From positions 131,626,001 through 131,690,000 of the forward strand of contig OZ024740.1 of assembly GCA_964016885.1 (NCBI GenBank): a stretch of 64,000 nucleotides of DNA. The letters are read 5' to 3'. The stretch comes from Eledone cirrhosa. Taxonomy: Eukaryota. The translations under genes were made by a program, and so were the position numbers. This document shows, in pieces, positions 1 to 14,566 of the stretch. Position 1 is the stretch's first letter; every line of letters begins with the position of its first letter. Under the pieces are notes generated by a model, which was given only the letters and a program-made list of their open reading frames with translations, had not been told where the DNA came from and ran no database searches.

Positions 1-311
1 AACGGGCAGTACTATACGAACATGCCAGACAACAACACGACGGTAACATAGACAACATAGAAATTAGAATAATATCTAAACATAGAAATGACCCAGCAGA
101 TAGGCAAATCAGAGAGGCCAGTGAAATAGAACTTAGAAGGCCAAGACTGGCAGTCAATGGCAACATTGAGGACCGAATAAATTAGATTACCGATATAAAA
201 GACACAGAAGCGAAAAGCGAAAACCAACCCAATAGTGAGTGTGTTCTGTTATTAATTCTGCCAATATTACACAAATTTGACCCTCCCCAAGTATAACAAT
301 ATATATATATA

Positions 312-460
<149 letters not shown>

Positions 461-1464
461 AGAGAGAGCGATAGTAAGATAGACATGTGTGTGTTTGTGT
501 ATGTGTGTGCATTCATGTATATATATATATATATATATATATTATTCAAATTGTTAACAAATTAAAAATATTCGCATAATCAAATTATATACTTTATTAG
601 ATATATTTCAAAGGTACTGTCATATATCAAATCATATATTGTGTCTAAGGAAAACGTACTGAAACAACACAGTACCTTTGAAATATATATAATAAAGTAA
701 ATATTTTGATTATGCGAATATTTTTCATGCGTTAACATTTTGAATAATATTAAAAACACCCAGGAAAACTCTTTGTTGAATGCTTCTAATCTATTGTAAA
801 ATTGTATATTCGTTGAATAATAAACGAACCATACTAATTTTTGATTATATATATATAGTATATATATGTTTATATGCATGCAAGGTGTATAATTGTATAT
901 GATTTTTTATATTCATATAAATATATGTATGTACATATAGTATAGCAATTTAACCTGCTTTATTTGAAAATCCAATAATACAGTTTGTACGTCCTGTATT
1001 ATTCGAAATTATTCATTTCAATTATAAATTATTCTACTATATCCCACTCGTTTTATAATAATTTCCTCTTTATCTGTTTGCAAACATAATTCCTACCACT
1101 ACCGATTAAAATTACTAGAGAATCCATTGATACGTTCATTCTGGTTTAATATCAATAATCACAAATACATTCCTTTAGAAATACGCATGCAGACCAACGG
1201 AGACACATATGTACACACATTGACAAACACACACACACACACACATAAACACACACAAACACACATGCACATAGACAAATACACACACATATTTATATGC
1301 ACAAAAACACATATATATACATGTATATATATATGCAAAGTTTTATTTAAATTGTTGGGTTAACAACGAGTAAATATTTATAACTGATATAAAAGCACTC
1401 AACAAGTATTTGGAGTATATTTACGATATTAAATAAATGGAAACTATATTTATAAAACCATATT

Positions 1465-1530
1465 TATTTCATTATATATATTTCAGGGATATCATATTAA
1501 CAATATGTTATGCCTTCTTCAGACAAAATA
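1465..1530 (-). ncRNA. Type I hammerhead ribozyme, family A
   Basis: Minus strand reads TATTTTGT-CTGAAGA-stem II-GAAA-TATATA-TA-ATGAAATA. Confidence 0.75.
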
Positions 1531-2506
1531 CAATATAAACAGTCTTATAAATAGATAGATTCGACATACCTTTCAACTTCGACTTCTATTTGAAAAGTTG
1601 ATTTGGTAGTGAAAAAATATTAGGGACAGTTACAAAAAGAAAGAAAGAAAAACGAAGAAAAGGAAAAATGCATGCAACTAAATAGAGAGAGATAGATAGA
1701 GAGAGATAGATAGAGAGATGAAATTCATGTAAAGAAACAGAGAGGGATATATAGAGAGAGGAAAAAACACAGAGGGAGATAGATAGAGAGAGAGAAGAGG
1801 AGAGAGAGAGAGAGAGAGAGAGAAAATATAGAGAGATAGATATAGATAGAGAAAGAGAGAAAGAAACTAGGTAGTTGGGCACCAGTTGAATGACGTATTA
1901 ATGATATATTTATTTATTTATTTATTTATTTAGCTCTAGTATTAATGTAGAGAGAGATATATGTGGTTAAGAGAGAAAACAGCCGTTACATAGAGAGAAA
2001 AGAAAAATATCCAGACAAAAACGAGGCAGATTTAAAACACTATGTTTCATCAAAGTAAAAAATATCAATTCGTAAAAAACAGGCATTATAATGTAAATAT
2101 CAGTATTCATGAATGAGACACGTATCAATAATGTGTGAAAAATAATGATCTTATGTCTAGTTTAAAATTCCTAGGTTTATATTAGTGTTGAGGTAAAATA
2201 GAAGGTTATCCCAGATTTTATACTATATACATCCATGTGAATTTATGTGATCAGCTCTGCAATCAATTTTTTTTCCTCTCTCTATATATCCCTCTCTGTT
2301 TCTTTACATGAATTTCATCTCTCTATCTATCTCTCTATATCTATGTCTCTCTATTTAGTTGCATGCATTTCTTCCTTTTCTTCGTTTTTCTTTCTTTCTT
2401 TTTGTAACTGTCCCTAATATTTTTTCACTACCAAATCAACTTTTCAAATAGAAGTCGAAGTTGAAAGGTATGTCGAATCTATCTATTTATAAGACTGTTT
2501 ATATTG

Positions 2507-2572
2507 TATTTTGTCTGAAGAAGGCATAACATATTTTTAATATGATATCCCTGAAATATATATAATGAAATA
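2507..2572 (+). ncRNA. Type I hammerhead ribozyme, family A
   Basis: TATTTTGT CTGAAGA AGGCATAACATATT..AATATGATATCCCT GAAA TATATA TA ATGAAATA. Confidence 0.75.
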
Positions 2573-2613
2573 AAAATGGTTTTATAAATATAGTTTCCAT
2601 TTATTTAATATCG

Positions 2614-2644
<31 letters not shown>

Positions 2645-2703
2645 GTATATATATGTCTTTTTGTGCATATAACTATGTGTGTATTTGTCTATGTGCATGT
2701 GCA

Positions 2704-2745
<42 letters not shown>

Positions 2746-3105
2746 TGTGTGTGTGTGTGTGTTTGTCAATGCGTGTACATATGTGTCTCCGTTGGTCTTC
2801 ATGCGTATTTCTAAAGGAAGTATTTGTGATTATATATATATATAAAGAAAAAAGATGAAATCGAAAATGCAACTGGAGTCTGATTTTTAAAAAAAATATA
2901 TATATTTATTTGGTTCCTTTACCGGTTTGGCAGTTCTTCTGCTTTTCAAAAGTAGAGTTGAGATGGTGGGTCTGTGGTTGTTCTCACAGATGTGAAAAAA
3001 TATGACTCCTGTTGCATTTTCAATTTCATCTTTTTTTCTTTATACTTTCACTCGTGTAGGACACCTCGGTTACTTTTCATTTTGTAAAAAAAACCTCACT
3101 TTCTA

Positions 3106-3182
<77 letters not shown>

Positions 3183-3619
3183 TAAGTAAGACCCCGACGG
3201 CTGAGCTCGTTTCGACGGCTAATTCTGTACTGAATGAAAAATCAGTTCTGGTATTTAAATAGCCGAACTTGTCAAGGGCAATTCCATATATGGTCAAAGA
3301 GATAATCACCAGGATAGGTCATCCCACAAGGTAGTAGTAATTCTGCGATGGCAAGTTGGTGGGGGAGGTAGCCGAACCTGCCATTAGGAGAAAAGGGGAG
3401 AGGGGGCGGGGTAGACCCATTCATGCGTTGGTGTGCCAGCTACAGCTGGGTGTGAGGTCAAAGAGGACGCCGGGGAGGTGGAGGGGGAGGGGGAGGAGGT
3501 CAAAACGGTAAGTAGAACGATGAAAATGTAAAACTGTAAAAGGTACTGAGAGAGAAAAGAAATATAAGCAGAATCTGGTTACTAAGACTTAATTCTCTCG
3601 CTATTGCTAGGCTGAAGAA

Positions 3620-3945
3620 ATACATAAATAAGTAAATAAGAAATACAAAAATAATATTCCACATAAGTAAATAAGAAATACATAAAGAAAATTCCACATA
3701 AGTAAATAAGAAATACATGAATAATATTCCACATAAGTAAATAAGAAATACATAAGTAATATTCCACATAAGTAAATAAGAAATACGTAAATGATATTCC
3801 ACATAAGTAAATAAGAAATACATAGGTAATATTCCACATAAGTAAATAAGAAATACGTAAATGATATTCCACATAAGTAAATAAGAAATACATAAGTAAT
3901 ATTCCACATAAGTAAATAAGAAATACGTAAATAATATTCCACAAG
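3620..3945. repeat. 35-bp minisatellite, ~9 copies
   Basis: ATTCCACATAAGTAAATAAGAAATAC... recurs at 3656, 3691, 3726 ... 3936. It explains the spurious overlapping ORFs at 3500-4059. Confidence 0.95.
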
Positions 3946-4585
3946 AAATACATAAATGAGTAAATAAACAAATAAGTGAGTAAAAGGATGGATAGATAGA
4001 TTTAAAAAAAAAATATATATATATATATATAATGTAGAATAAAAAGAATAAGAAAACAAATGATAATGATAGAAAAAAAATCTAGGTGTGACGGAGATAA
4101 AGGGACCCTTATGCGGGGTATAAATGCGTGTATCTTACTGTGACGGGTCAGCCGAGGGGGGGGAGGGGTCGGAGTACTACAGAGACCACCACGAAAAAAA
4201 AAAATAAATAACGGTTTCTACCCCAAACACCGGGCCAGCAAGCACCCAGTGCAAGAAAGTAGACTAGTACGAGAATATAATTCAGGGTCCCGCAAAAAAA
4301 ATACTGGTGCTAACTCTAAGGGTACCGCCACGAAACAAAATGTCTTATACAAGCTACACGAAAAGTCGTACGAATTAAAAATAAAGAACGGAAAATTAAT
4401 ACAGGAAAAAGGGAGAAAAGGGAAAAAGGGAAAAAGAAGAAAGAGATACTGGATCGATAAAAAAAAGTGTAAAAGAAGATCTTACGTCTCCATAGGCAAG
4501 CAGGGGTTACCCATTACAAAATAAGCAAGTGGGGTGTTATAGGCTACCCCCCCTGGTGATTATCTCTTTGACCATATATGGAATT

Positions 4586-4680
4586 GCCCCTTGACAAGTT
4601 CGGCTATTTAAATACCAGAACTGATTTTTCATTCAGTACAGAATTAGCCGTCGAAACGGCTTGAGCTCAGCCGTCGGGGT
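4586..4680 (+). ncRNA. Type I hammerhead ribozyme, family B (U3-A8 core variant)
   Basis: GCCCC-TTGACAA-G..CGGCTA...TAGCCG.C-GAAA-CGGCT-TGAGCTC-AGCCG-TC-GGGGT. Predicted cleavage is after GUC at 4675. Confidence 0.8.
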
Positions 4681-5015
4681 CTTACTTACTCCTATTACCC
4701 ACTCTACTACCCTAAGTATTGAATACTTTGGTGCGTTATGGTCCACTTGGTTCCTTACCACTTTTCCTTCGCTATATATATATATATATATATATGGCTG
4801 AGCTCAAGCCGTTTCGACGGCTAATTCTGTACTGAATGAAAAATCAGTTCTGGTATTTAAATAGCCGAACTTGTCAAGGGGCAATTCCATATATGGTCAA
4901 AGAGATAATCACCAGGGGGGGGGGGGTAGCCTATAACACCCCACTCTACTACCCTAAGTATTGAGTACTTTGGTGTGTTATGGTCCACTTGGTTCCTTAC
5001 CACTTTTCCTTCGCT

Positions 5016-5079
<64 letters not shown>

Positions 5080-5199
5080 GTGAGGTATGTGTGTGTATTT
5101 AAATATATGTAGTTGTGCCCATGGGGGTGGGTGGGTGTACGTTGTTCGTGTTATACAATAATTTCAACATTTTTCTTTTTAAAGAAAATATATATTGCC

Positions 5200-8100
5200 A
5201 CAAAGGCCAATAGATGTATTATAAATAGATTTCTACACAGTAAAGGTTGATGCACCCCCACTACACAAACAAGAAACTCCAAAATATGCCGCTACTCACT
5301 ACGTCAGAGGCCCTGCACACGTAGCGACTGCATCTTCACCCATTTACCTCGCACGAGAAGCAGAAACACTACCAGTCGACGCCAAATCACGCTTCCCACA
5401 ATAACTCCACCTAATAGTAAACTGAACGCACGCATCAGGTGGAGTCCCAAAATCTGCCGACATACCCAACGCGAGAGACTATGTCTGCTGAGTGACTGTC
5501 GCTTCAGACGTCTTCCAGGAACACAACAGAAAAGGGGCTCCAAACCAACACACAAACCACAATTAAACCATCTCTGCCGCAGTAATGCTGGTCCAGTCTT
5601 TTCACAAAGACACATATACAACAACAGCAAAAACAACAACAAAAGAGGGAACTACAACCCTATCCAAGAGTGTAACGACAAGTCAAGTCAAAAGGCTGCT
5701 CCCTGAACAGGAAAATATTTCTTTTTTAGTCATGTTGAACCTGGTAAAAGAGATACAAAAAACATTTTAGCCATCACCCAACACCATCCTATAATATTAA
5801 CCAAGTTCACCAGCCCCCCACCCATCCCCACCCCATATTGCTGTCACTAACACCCAATCTCAAAACAAGCCCCCTGCAACAGTCAAAACCAGCCACTACA
5901 CTAGCCTTCACATTTCTACTCAATGCACAACGTATCATCCCATCCATGAATGCACAGAAATGGAAGATCCAATTCATTGAGGATTGGGTTAGTAACCAAC
6001 CACTCCACATCCCTTTCCCCATTCTTACTGAGACTCACCTTGACAATTCCTAATTGTAGGTCGAGGTAAATCGGTTGAATTTCACAACCATCTGTGCGGA
6101 TCGAGTTGACAGAAGGAAGGGTGGAACTTACATTTTCCTGCATGATTCCTTTACGACAGATGGAAACATCACATTCTCTAATCACTACTGTGAATCAGTC
6201 ACCGTGCCCAACAAAGCCAATGACCTAATAGTAGTTGGGCTCTATAGACCACCCCAGACACCTATATTGTTCTTCAAAGTGATTTATTGAACGATACCAT
6301 TCTAGTAACATACAGTTGATGGGAGACTTCAATCTACCCTGTGTTGATTGGTCTACAAACAGTTTGAAACCAGGCACTCCAACCTCAACCACTGACAAAA
6401 AAGCGGTCGAGTCACTTCTCGACTTTATGAATGCCTTTTTATTGTTACAACTTCTCCTTGCGACAACAAAGTATGAGAAGAACATTTGGGACCTAGTGTT
6501 TAGTAAGCACACTAACACTTTACATAATATTTCATTAGAAAAAAACCCTTCTTTCAGATCATGACATGGTTCTTTGTAAGCTGAGATTCCACCAGCCGAA
6601 AGCTAATCCTAGTGACCTCTCTCCAGCTCACCCATTTGATAACATAGATCAATATAAATCCAAATGTATACTAATCATGAACGAGCTATAATATGTTGAC
6701 TGGTCTTTTACACACGCACTCATTTACACCAATATCAAAACATATTGGAAGATCTTTGTTGACACTGTCTCAAACGTATGTGCAAAACACACCCCACCAA
6801 TACCTGTGAAGAAAACTAAGTGCAGTATCTCCCAAAACATAAAAAACTATTATGAGAGAAATAAAAAGAACAAACAAAATATGAACACACTAAAATACTG
6901 CCAACAACAACACACAGATTCGAGGGCTATCGCACTGCTTGAATCAAACAAATATAACCTCTAACAATGCATGAAAACCATCATCAATAAGCAAAGTACA
7001 GCTAAGGAGAAATGGGCCATTGAGAAAATCAAACTCAAACACAAAGTGATCTTTTCATTTGCGAAAAATACAAGGTCACTGTCTCCACTGCTGGACCTCT
7101 AATTGATGAAAATTGCACACTCCAACATAATGGCAAAACATGGGCGAGATACTGCAGAAACAATGCTGCTCTGTTTTCAGCAATCCTGATATGTCCGATC
7201 TGGGTTGTATCAGTGATGTTAATCCCCAACAAACTATATCGGACATAACGTTTGGCGCCCCTGATGTATTAGCGGCAATAAACGAAATTAAACACAATTC
7301 AGCAGTGGGCCTGGATAGGATCCCTGTTTGTGTCCTGAAGGAGTGTCGACACCAACTTGCATCTCCTCTTGCTAATGTAGTCGAGGATCTCACTGGAAAC
7401 TGGCTATATTCTTCACAACTTTCTGTCCCAGTCCGTTGTCCCAATTTCAAAAAGGGTAACACGTCCCTTGCAGTGAAATACCGTCCGATCTAACTCACCT
7501 CTCATATCATCAAGGTATTTGAGAGGGTGGGGAGATCACACATAACCCACTTTCTCGAAAGCAACGGACTGCTGAACTCCAACCAGAATGGGATCCGTAA
7601 TGGAAGGGACTGCCTAACGCAACTCCTGCATCAATTTGATGATATTTTGAGAGCGTTGGGAGAGGGCATCAACACTGATGTTATATAGCTTGACTTCAGC
7701 AAGACCTTTGACAGTGTTGATCATAAGATTGTATAAAAAAAACTATCCAATATTGGTGTCTCTGGAAAGTTACTACAGTGGATCAAATGTTTCCTTACAG
7801 ACTGAGCACAGCATGTGGTAGTCGAAGGAGTAATATCAAGCCCAGCTAAAGTCAGGCGTGGCATCGCGCAAGGCACTGTGTTGGGCCCACTTTTTTCATC
7901 ATCTACATTACTTACATTACTGACATCATCAAGTAGAGCAACATAAGACATTTTGCAGATGATTCGAAGCTCCAGTGGGTCATCAATTAGGTGGGTGACC
8001 GGACTTGTCATCAGTCAGACCTACTGGCTGTTATCCAATGGGAGGAAAAGAACAGTATGTTGCTGAATGAGGATAAGTTCGAGTTAATCCACTTTAGAAA

Positions 8101-8900
8101 ATTGGATGAAACTCCCATACTCTCTTCCTTCAGGTGAAACTCTTGTGGCATCCAACAACATCAGAGACGTGGGAGTAATTGTGGACAACAACACAAGCTG
8201 GGCCACTAATATAAACAGCAAAGTTGACATGGCACGCAGAATGTTTTCCTGGATTCTCAGAACCTTCCAGTCGAGGGATATCACACTCTAATCTTCTCGT
8301 CTCCACCTTTTCCCGACCCCACCTTGAATAATGTTGGTCTGCCCCACACGAAACAAAGCATCATGAAAGTTGAAGCACCTCAAAGGTCAATTACAAAAAA
8401 GATAGATGGCATGACAAGCCTTGCTTATTAAAAGTATAATCTTTATTCTCACCAACGTCGCCGTGAGCGCTAGATTATCTGCATGTTGTGGAGAATATTC
8501 CATCAGTATTACCCAAATAATGTTGGCATCACCTTTAAGGTACACCCAATTATTGGGCCCATGCGATGCGCACACGACAGACATCTCACTCGCATCTCAT
8601 AATAAAAAAAATACGGCACAATTATTTCACCTCAATTAGCCCGACTCTCTTTAACATTACATCAAAATACATTAAAACGGAAACAGACCCCATAAAGTAC
8701 AAGAGAAGTCTTTGGACAAATTCCTTCAAGAAATCTTGGATAAAAATCCTACACCCGGTTATGCCTCCGTAAACAATATCTCTGTATTTGAGTGGGCAGT
8801 TGTGCCCAAATCGTGATTTGAGAGACTTCGCCAGGTGGTGCTATTAAGTTAGACATAGGCTGGGCCAATACTGGCCGAAACCTATCAGCGTTATCAAAGT
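5200..8900 (+). mobile_element. Decayed APE-type LINE (CR1/Jockey group) with ORF1 end and frameshifted ORF2
   Basis: APE motifs ILTETHL, GLYRPP and MGDFNLP. RT motifs YRPI*LTSHIIKVFER, DFSKTFDSVDH, GIAQGTVLGP and FADD. Many stops and frameshifts. Confidence 0.9.
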
Positions 8901-9006
8901 TATTTATATATATATATACATATTTGCTCTACGGTTCTTATATATTTGATATATATTTATCCTTATCGAGCCCTCTTAGGATTTTAGTCTTCAAATATAT
9001 TATTAT

Positions 9007-9073
<67 letters not shown>

Positions 9074-9495
9074 GGAATTGTATTAAGGTGACATATGGAC
9101 CATAACGCACCAGAGTACTCAATACTTAGGGTGGTAGAGTGGGTAATAAGAAAAGGTATGTCACCAACGGCAGAGCTCAAGCCGTTTTGACGGCTATTTC
9201 TACGATAGATACCGCGACAATCATGACTTCAACACCAAGGAGAGATTTGTATTCAATACCTACAAATCTCCTCCTCCGAACCCTATGCTCTGACCCTTCG
9301 AGAACGACCTTTTCCACCTGGTCAAAAGCATTGAGTTCAAACCCAGACACAACAGAATCCTACAACAACTAGCAAAATAACAGCAAAATAACAGAGTATG
9401 AAAACACCAACGACATCATGGTGCATTCGGACAACCTTGAGTGTCGAGATAGCCGTCGAAACGACTTGAGCTCTCCCGTCGTGTTCATACCGCTT

Positions 9496-9592
<97 letters not shown>

Positions 9593-12169
9593 CATATATA
9601 TATTCATGCATTTATTTTATAATTACTTTGCAAGATTGTTGTACCTGAATATGTGTTGAAACAGGTATTGTTAAATGTTGGGAGGGTCATAAGACAATAA
9701 AAAGAAATCAACAACCATCCCGTATTCATACTAACCGACTGGGAACTTATAAGGATAAACTGAATTGAAACTCAATAGGTGCATGTGTTTTCTAAAATAT
9801 ATACCGCCATTATATTTCATCTTTATATAATATCACCCACTATAGTGGCCCGATTAATTAATCACTACACATCGCCAGCAATTGCAATGATAGGCAAATT
9901 AAAGAGTATAAATTTATTTGTGTTCGAGGTTGCTTATATTACAGATAATTAAAATTTATTATTTTCTTTGTGCAATTATGGAACCGGCATTTACTGCACC
10001 GGTAAAACACGTCAAATTCATCTCGGGAACATCTAAATATGTGGTATACTAGAATATAAAAAAATTGTAGTTTAAATTTATATTCTACTTCCCACAGCGA
10101 ACATATACTTTTGTGCATGCTAAATACATCACATCATCCATACATCCTGTCCTATATTAGTGTTTCTGTTAACATAGATTGCCAATTATTCTACTCTTAT
10201 GTAAATTAGAGATGACTGATTGTGTTCAATCTCAGTTTGTATATATAATATATTAGATATTACTTTTGTTATTTTGTATAGTTACCAACCAGTTTCAGGA
10301 GTCTTTCTCTAGTCATAACAATCAATAAATTACATTTCATTAAATATTAAAGAAGGTTAATTCTAGATTGACTGATCTTCTGACTCTTGCTACAAAACGG
10401 ACATAGTGTAGTTTAACCACAGTAACTACAGCAAGGATAACACCAGGTTAATATAAACATAAATTCTTAAGTTTACTTTACAACAACCCTTTCTTGCAAC
10501 ACCTTTCAGAGATCCAAACGTTCAACACATTTGCGTCTCAGAGCAGGAAGCCGAAAGGGAAAAATTAGAAAATGAAATTGTATCCCTTGGGGTAGAAACC
10601 GATAGAGGTGAGTGTGTGTTTGGAGGGGGTTAATTATTACTGGCAGTACGAAAGCTGAGCGATGTTAGATGACGTGAAGTTAAGGGAAGCGTAATAGAAT
10701 ATTGTTATAAAAACCGGAAGGGAATGTTATAGGTTTTCTGCTCGTGTAAATTGAGTTCTGAGAAAATATTGTAAGATTGGTATTGGATATAAAGGATATG
10801 CACGTAGTACGAAAATGTTAAACACTCAAACATGTAATTAATATAATTTGTTAAATGTCAATTATGATAAAATAAAAGTGTGGTGATTTGACAGATTTGA
10901 TATAGTCACGTATAAAATGCTATCAAGGTAATTATTCAGGCACTTTTCCTTCTGAGCACAAACCCAAACGTGATCAATTTGCCTTTTTTTTTATTCCAGG
11001 ATCCATAAAAGTAAGTACCAATCAAATACTAAGCTCGATGTAATATAGTCAGCCCTTCTCCAAAATGTGCTGCCCTTATTAGAAAACAGAACCCCAGCAA
11101 AGAAAACTCTTGTAGAGTGTATAATTAGAGAAGAATGAACCGTACACCAAGACAGTTTTGTATAGAAGATATTAATATTGAATATATGTTGATGCATCAT
11201 ATATTTTCTCATTTGAACAAACTATAGAATAAAATTACAGATTTGGAATTATCAATGCGGATGACGATGTGAGATTATATATCAGAATACTGGAATTATG
11301 TCTCCCTTGTCGTTATTGCAAATGCCCAGCAATTTGTCATGAAAAGGTCTCGAAAAAGGTGAAGCATTTCGTCCATATAATTGATGTAGTAGGATTGGAT
11401 GGCATACTTTGAGGGAGCGTCGATGTAGTATATGCTGAATCTATCACAACCAATTTTTTTTCTTCGCCTCCGCTACTTATTTCTATATAAAGGACACCAT
11501 CAATACTTTTAATACCTTTTCTAAATGTCTTCACTTTCTCTGATGAATTCTACCTTAAATGCATATATAAATGTAGTAAACTGGGTCCTTATTTCACAAA
11601 TAAAAGACCAAATTTCCTTTCAGTTTACTAGGCCGATTCTTGAGCTGGAGAACTCGTACAATGGAAAGTACAATTTCTTCATCGAACAAGGATATTTTCT
11701 ACTCATATATATTAATTTATTTGAACTATTATTACACATTTTTCTAAATATTTATGTCTCTTTCGACAGCCTCAATTTCTCCAGAATTATTCAAATAAGC
11801 CAACTGGAGCTCAATATTACCAAGCCGTTTATATCTCGCATATCTCTAGCAAATATGTTTTCACCACTTTCGGCGTTCCTGCGCCTTGCAAGCAACATCC
11901 CGGTCTCCATATTAATGCTAAGGGTTTATCAAACCTTAAGTCAGACATTTCAGCTTGCCTAGCTAAACATATTACCCCTTTCTCTTATATTTTCGGAAAA
12001 TTTGGAACAAATATAATTGAAAATAGAAAGATTAATTTGTTCGATTCTAACGTTGAATCTCTTTGCACTATTGTCATAATACACAACAGAGCCCATTCAG
12101 CTGCTGCTCTACATGACCTTGCCTGTTAGATTACGATAGCGCACGTATTTGATTATCATTCATTTAAAT

Positions 12170-12225
12170 ATTATATATAAGTATGTATACGTACATGCAT
12201 ATATGTATAAAGACGTACAGTAGTA

Positions 12226-12291
<66 letters not shown>

Positions 12292-13035
12292 CATGCACAC
12301 ATATATATATATACGTATGGATTCACCGAACATTTATTATAATGCTCGGTGTGTTTGTAAACAAACATCTCGAATTAAGCCGTACAGTGTATAGCAACCA
12401 TCGTTATAATACATGTTCGGGGAATCCATACGTACATACATATATGTGTGCATGTATGTATATATGTATATATATATATATATGTATACTACTGTATCTC
12501 TGTATAGATATATGTACGTACGTATACATACTAATATTTAAGTAACAGCCGTACTAAGAGTGACAAATTAAATTTCGTTTCATTTTTTCCGTTTATCGTG
12601 TTCTGTTACCTGGCCGATTAACTCACTCGATATGCAAATTAGGCTGCTCAGCCGTTAATATGCATAAGGAAAGTATATACTTCCAGACGTTGAACCATCT
12701 GGCCGGAAGGCATACGTTGCTGACGATAGCTAATAAGCTTGAAACTAGTACAGCATTCCTTTGTCAGTTTTGAACCAATGAGCAACGATGGTTGCTAGAC
12801 ACTGTACGGCTTAATTCGGGATGTGTGTTTACAAACACACCGAGCATTATAATAAAAGTTCGGTGAATCCATACGTACATATATATATGTGCGCATGCAT
12901 GTATATATATATATATATATATGTGCATACTACTGTACGTATGTATACATATATGTATGTACGTATACATACTTATATTTAAGTAACAGCCGTACTAGGT
13001 GTGAGAAATGAAATTTCGTTTCATTTTTTCCATTT
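12170..13035 (+). mobile_element. Non-coding HHR-bearing element (family C) with terminal direct repeat and 5' inverted copy
   Basis: ~12405-12595 repeats at ~12850-13035, and 12170-12400 is inverted relative to 12790-12985. No ORF. Confidence 0.75.
12715..12755 (+). ncRNA. Minimal type I hammerhead ribozyme, family C
   Basis: GTTG-CTGACGA-tAGCTaataAGCTt-GAAA-CTAG-TA-CAGC. Palindromic stem III (ACTAGT) and GUA triplet. Confidence 0.8.
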
Positions 13036-13059
13036 AAATATTATAATTACATATAATTC

Positions 13060-14566
13060 CATATATTGGCGTCAGCATAACTGGTGATGTTGCCAACCCG
13101 TTTATGGTATGGTGGGAAAGGAGACTCAGAGAACTCCTAGAGAGGAACTCCATAGCCCTCGTCAGATACTCTCGTTAAGTACATGATATCAATATAGTAG
13201 TTAAAACACTCTCACCAGAACGGACCAATAAATTAGAAAATTAGCAAATGACCCGATTGAGAGCATCAAACAGATAGCTAATTCCATACACGAGAGCATA
13301 ACAGTAACTATCGACTAACCTTCCAAACACCCTGATAACAGACTACCAGTATTAGGCACTGAACTCTTGTTAAACACTCTACAGGAGAACACCCAAATTC
13401 TCCACTCACATTATGCTAAACGCATGGCCTCCAAATACCTTATACACAAAACTAAGCCATGTCCAATTATGCTAAGTTTAATATTCTGAGCGCAGACTTG
13501 GCAAGAGTGATGAAGAATGTGTCCCACGCGTGCGATCGGACTTAACTGAGAATACACATACAACACTTCATCAATTGTATGCAGTTCTCTGGCTACAACC
13601 AAAGAAAGAGTGTCAGGGTGTACAAAGGTGCTACGGAGGATTATAAGACCCTCATAGAGATGGACATGAAAGGGATTTGCCCATTGTACAGGAGCAAATC
13701 ATGAATAGTATAGATAAGACTAAACATAACAAAGGGAACATCACTTCATGGTACGACAACCAGAGATATCAAAGTTGAGGGATGCAGCTTGTGGGGAGGG
13801 GGGATTAGCTAACCAATTTAGAAAGATGCTAAGAAAGACGTATTTAAGGAACTACCATAACATTCTTGATCAGCAAAAATTACCTCTTTAAGAAAACCCA
13901 CTGTACTAATAAGAAATATGTTATATGGAGAATAAATCCACAAATGAATTGTAAAACTAGAATTGTAGTCTATAACATGAGATGTAAAGAGGGTTCTCGC
14001 AGAAACATGACAACGACATACATAGATGAGACAGCTCGAAGCATTGGGGAGCGAGTAGACCAGCACTGGTGGGAACTACAAGGACAAAAAACGGTTTGGT
14101 ACTATATGAACACGCCAGACAAAGGCATGATTATACTATAGACAACAGAAATAAAAATAATATTCGAACATAGAAATGACTCAACAGGTCGACATTTCAG
14201 AGAAGCAAATAAAATAGAGCTAAGAAAACTAGAGTTGAACAGAAAAATGAATGGAATAACAACAAGACCCATACACAAACACACAATACAGACCTAAGAT
14301 AAATATAAATAAATAAATATACACAGGTAATATAACAACAACTACACATAAACATACAATAATAACAAATATATAATACGAACACACACAGACCTAGATA
14401 GGAACACACACCAAACAGAAAAAACACACACACAGACGCATGCGCACAGACATAAAATAAATAAATAAATAAAAATAAAAATAGGATAGACATTAAAATG
14501 CAACTGGAGTAAACAAAATAGTACCACTTATGATGTCACAGGTGTGTGATGAAATACTTTGATAGA

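Larger units (their letters stand above)
1145..2830. mobile_element. Foldback (inverted) pair of PLE family-A terminal repeats (pLTR)
   Basis: 1145-1760 is the reverse complement of ~2280-2830. The same sequence forms the terminal repeats of the PLE at 30640-34912. Each arm carries an HHR. Confidence 0.8.
3178..4772 (-). mobile_element. PLE family-B 3' fragment with inverted terminal copy
   Basis: 3178-3312 is inverted relative to 4553-4690. The termini match those of the Naiad-like element at 53100-55430. Both sides are flanked by (TA)n. Confidence 0.7.

Noticed and set aside
3500-4059. Overlapping hydrophobic repeat ORFs / CRISPR-like periodicity
   Set aside because: Contiguous 35-bp minisatellite without unique spacers; eukaryotic context and no cas genes
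11000-12050. Possible coding remnant (ORFs 11337-11534 and 11525-11962)
   Set aside because: No recognisable motif in any frame; cannot assign
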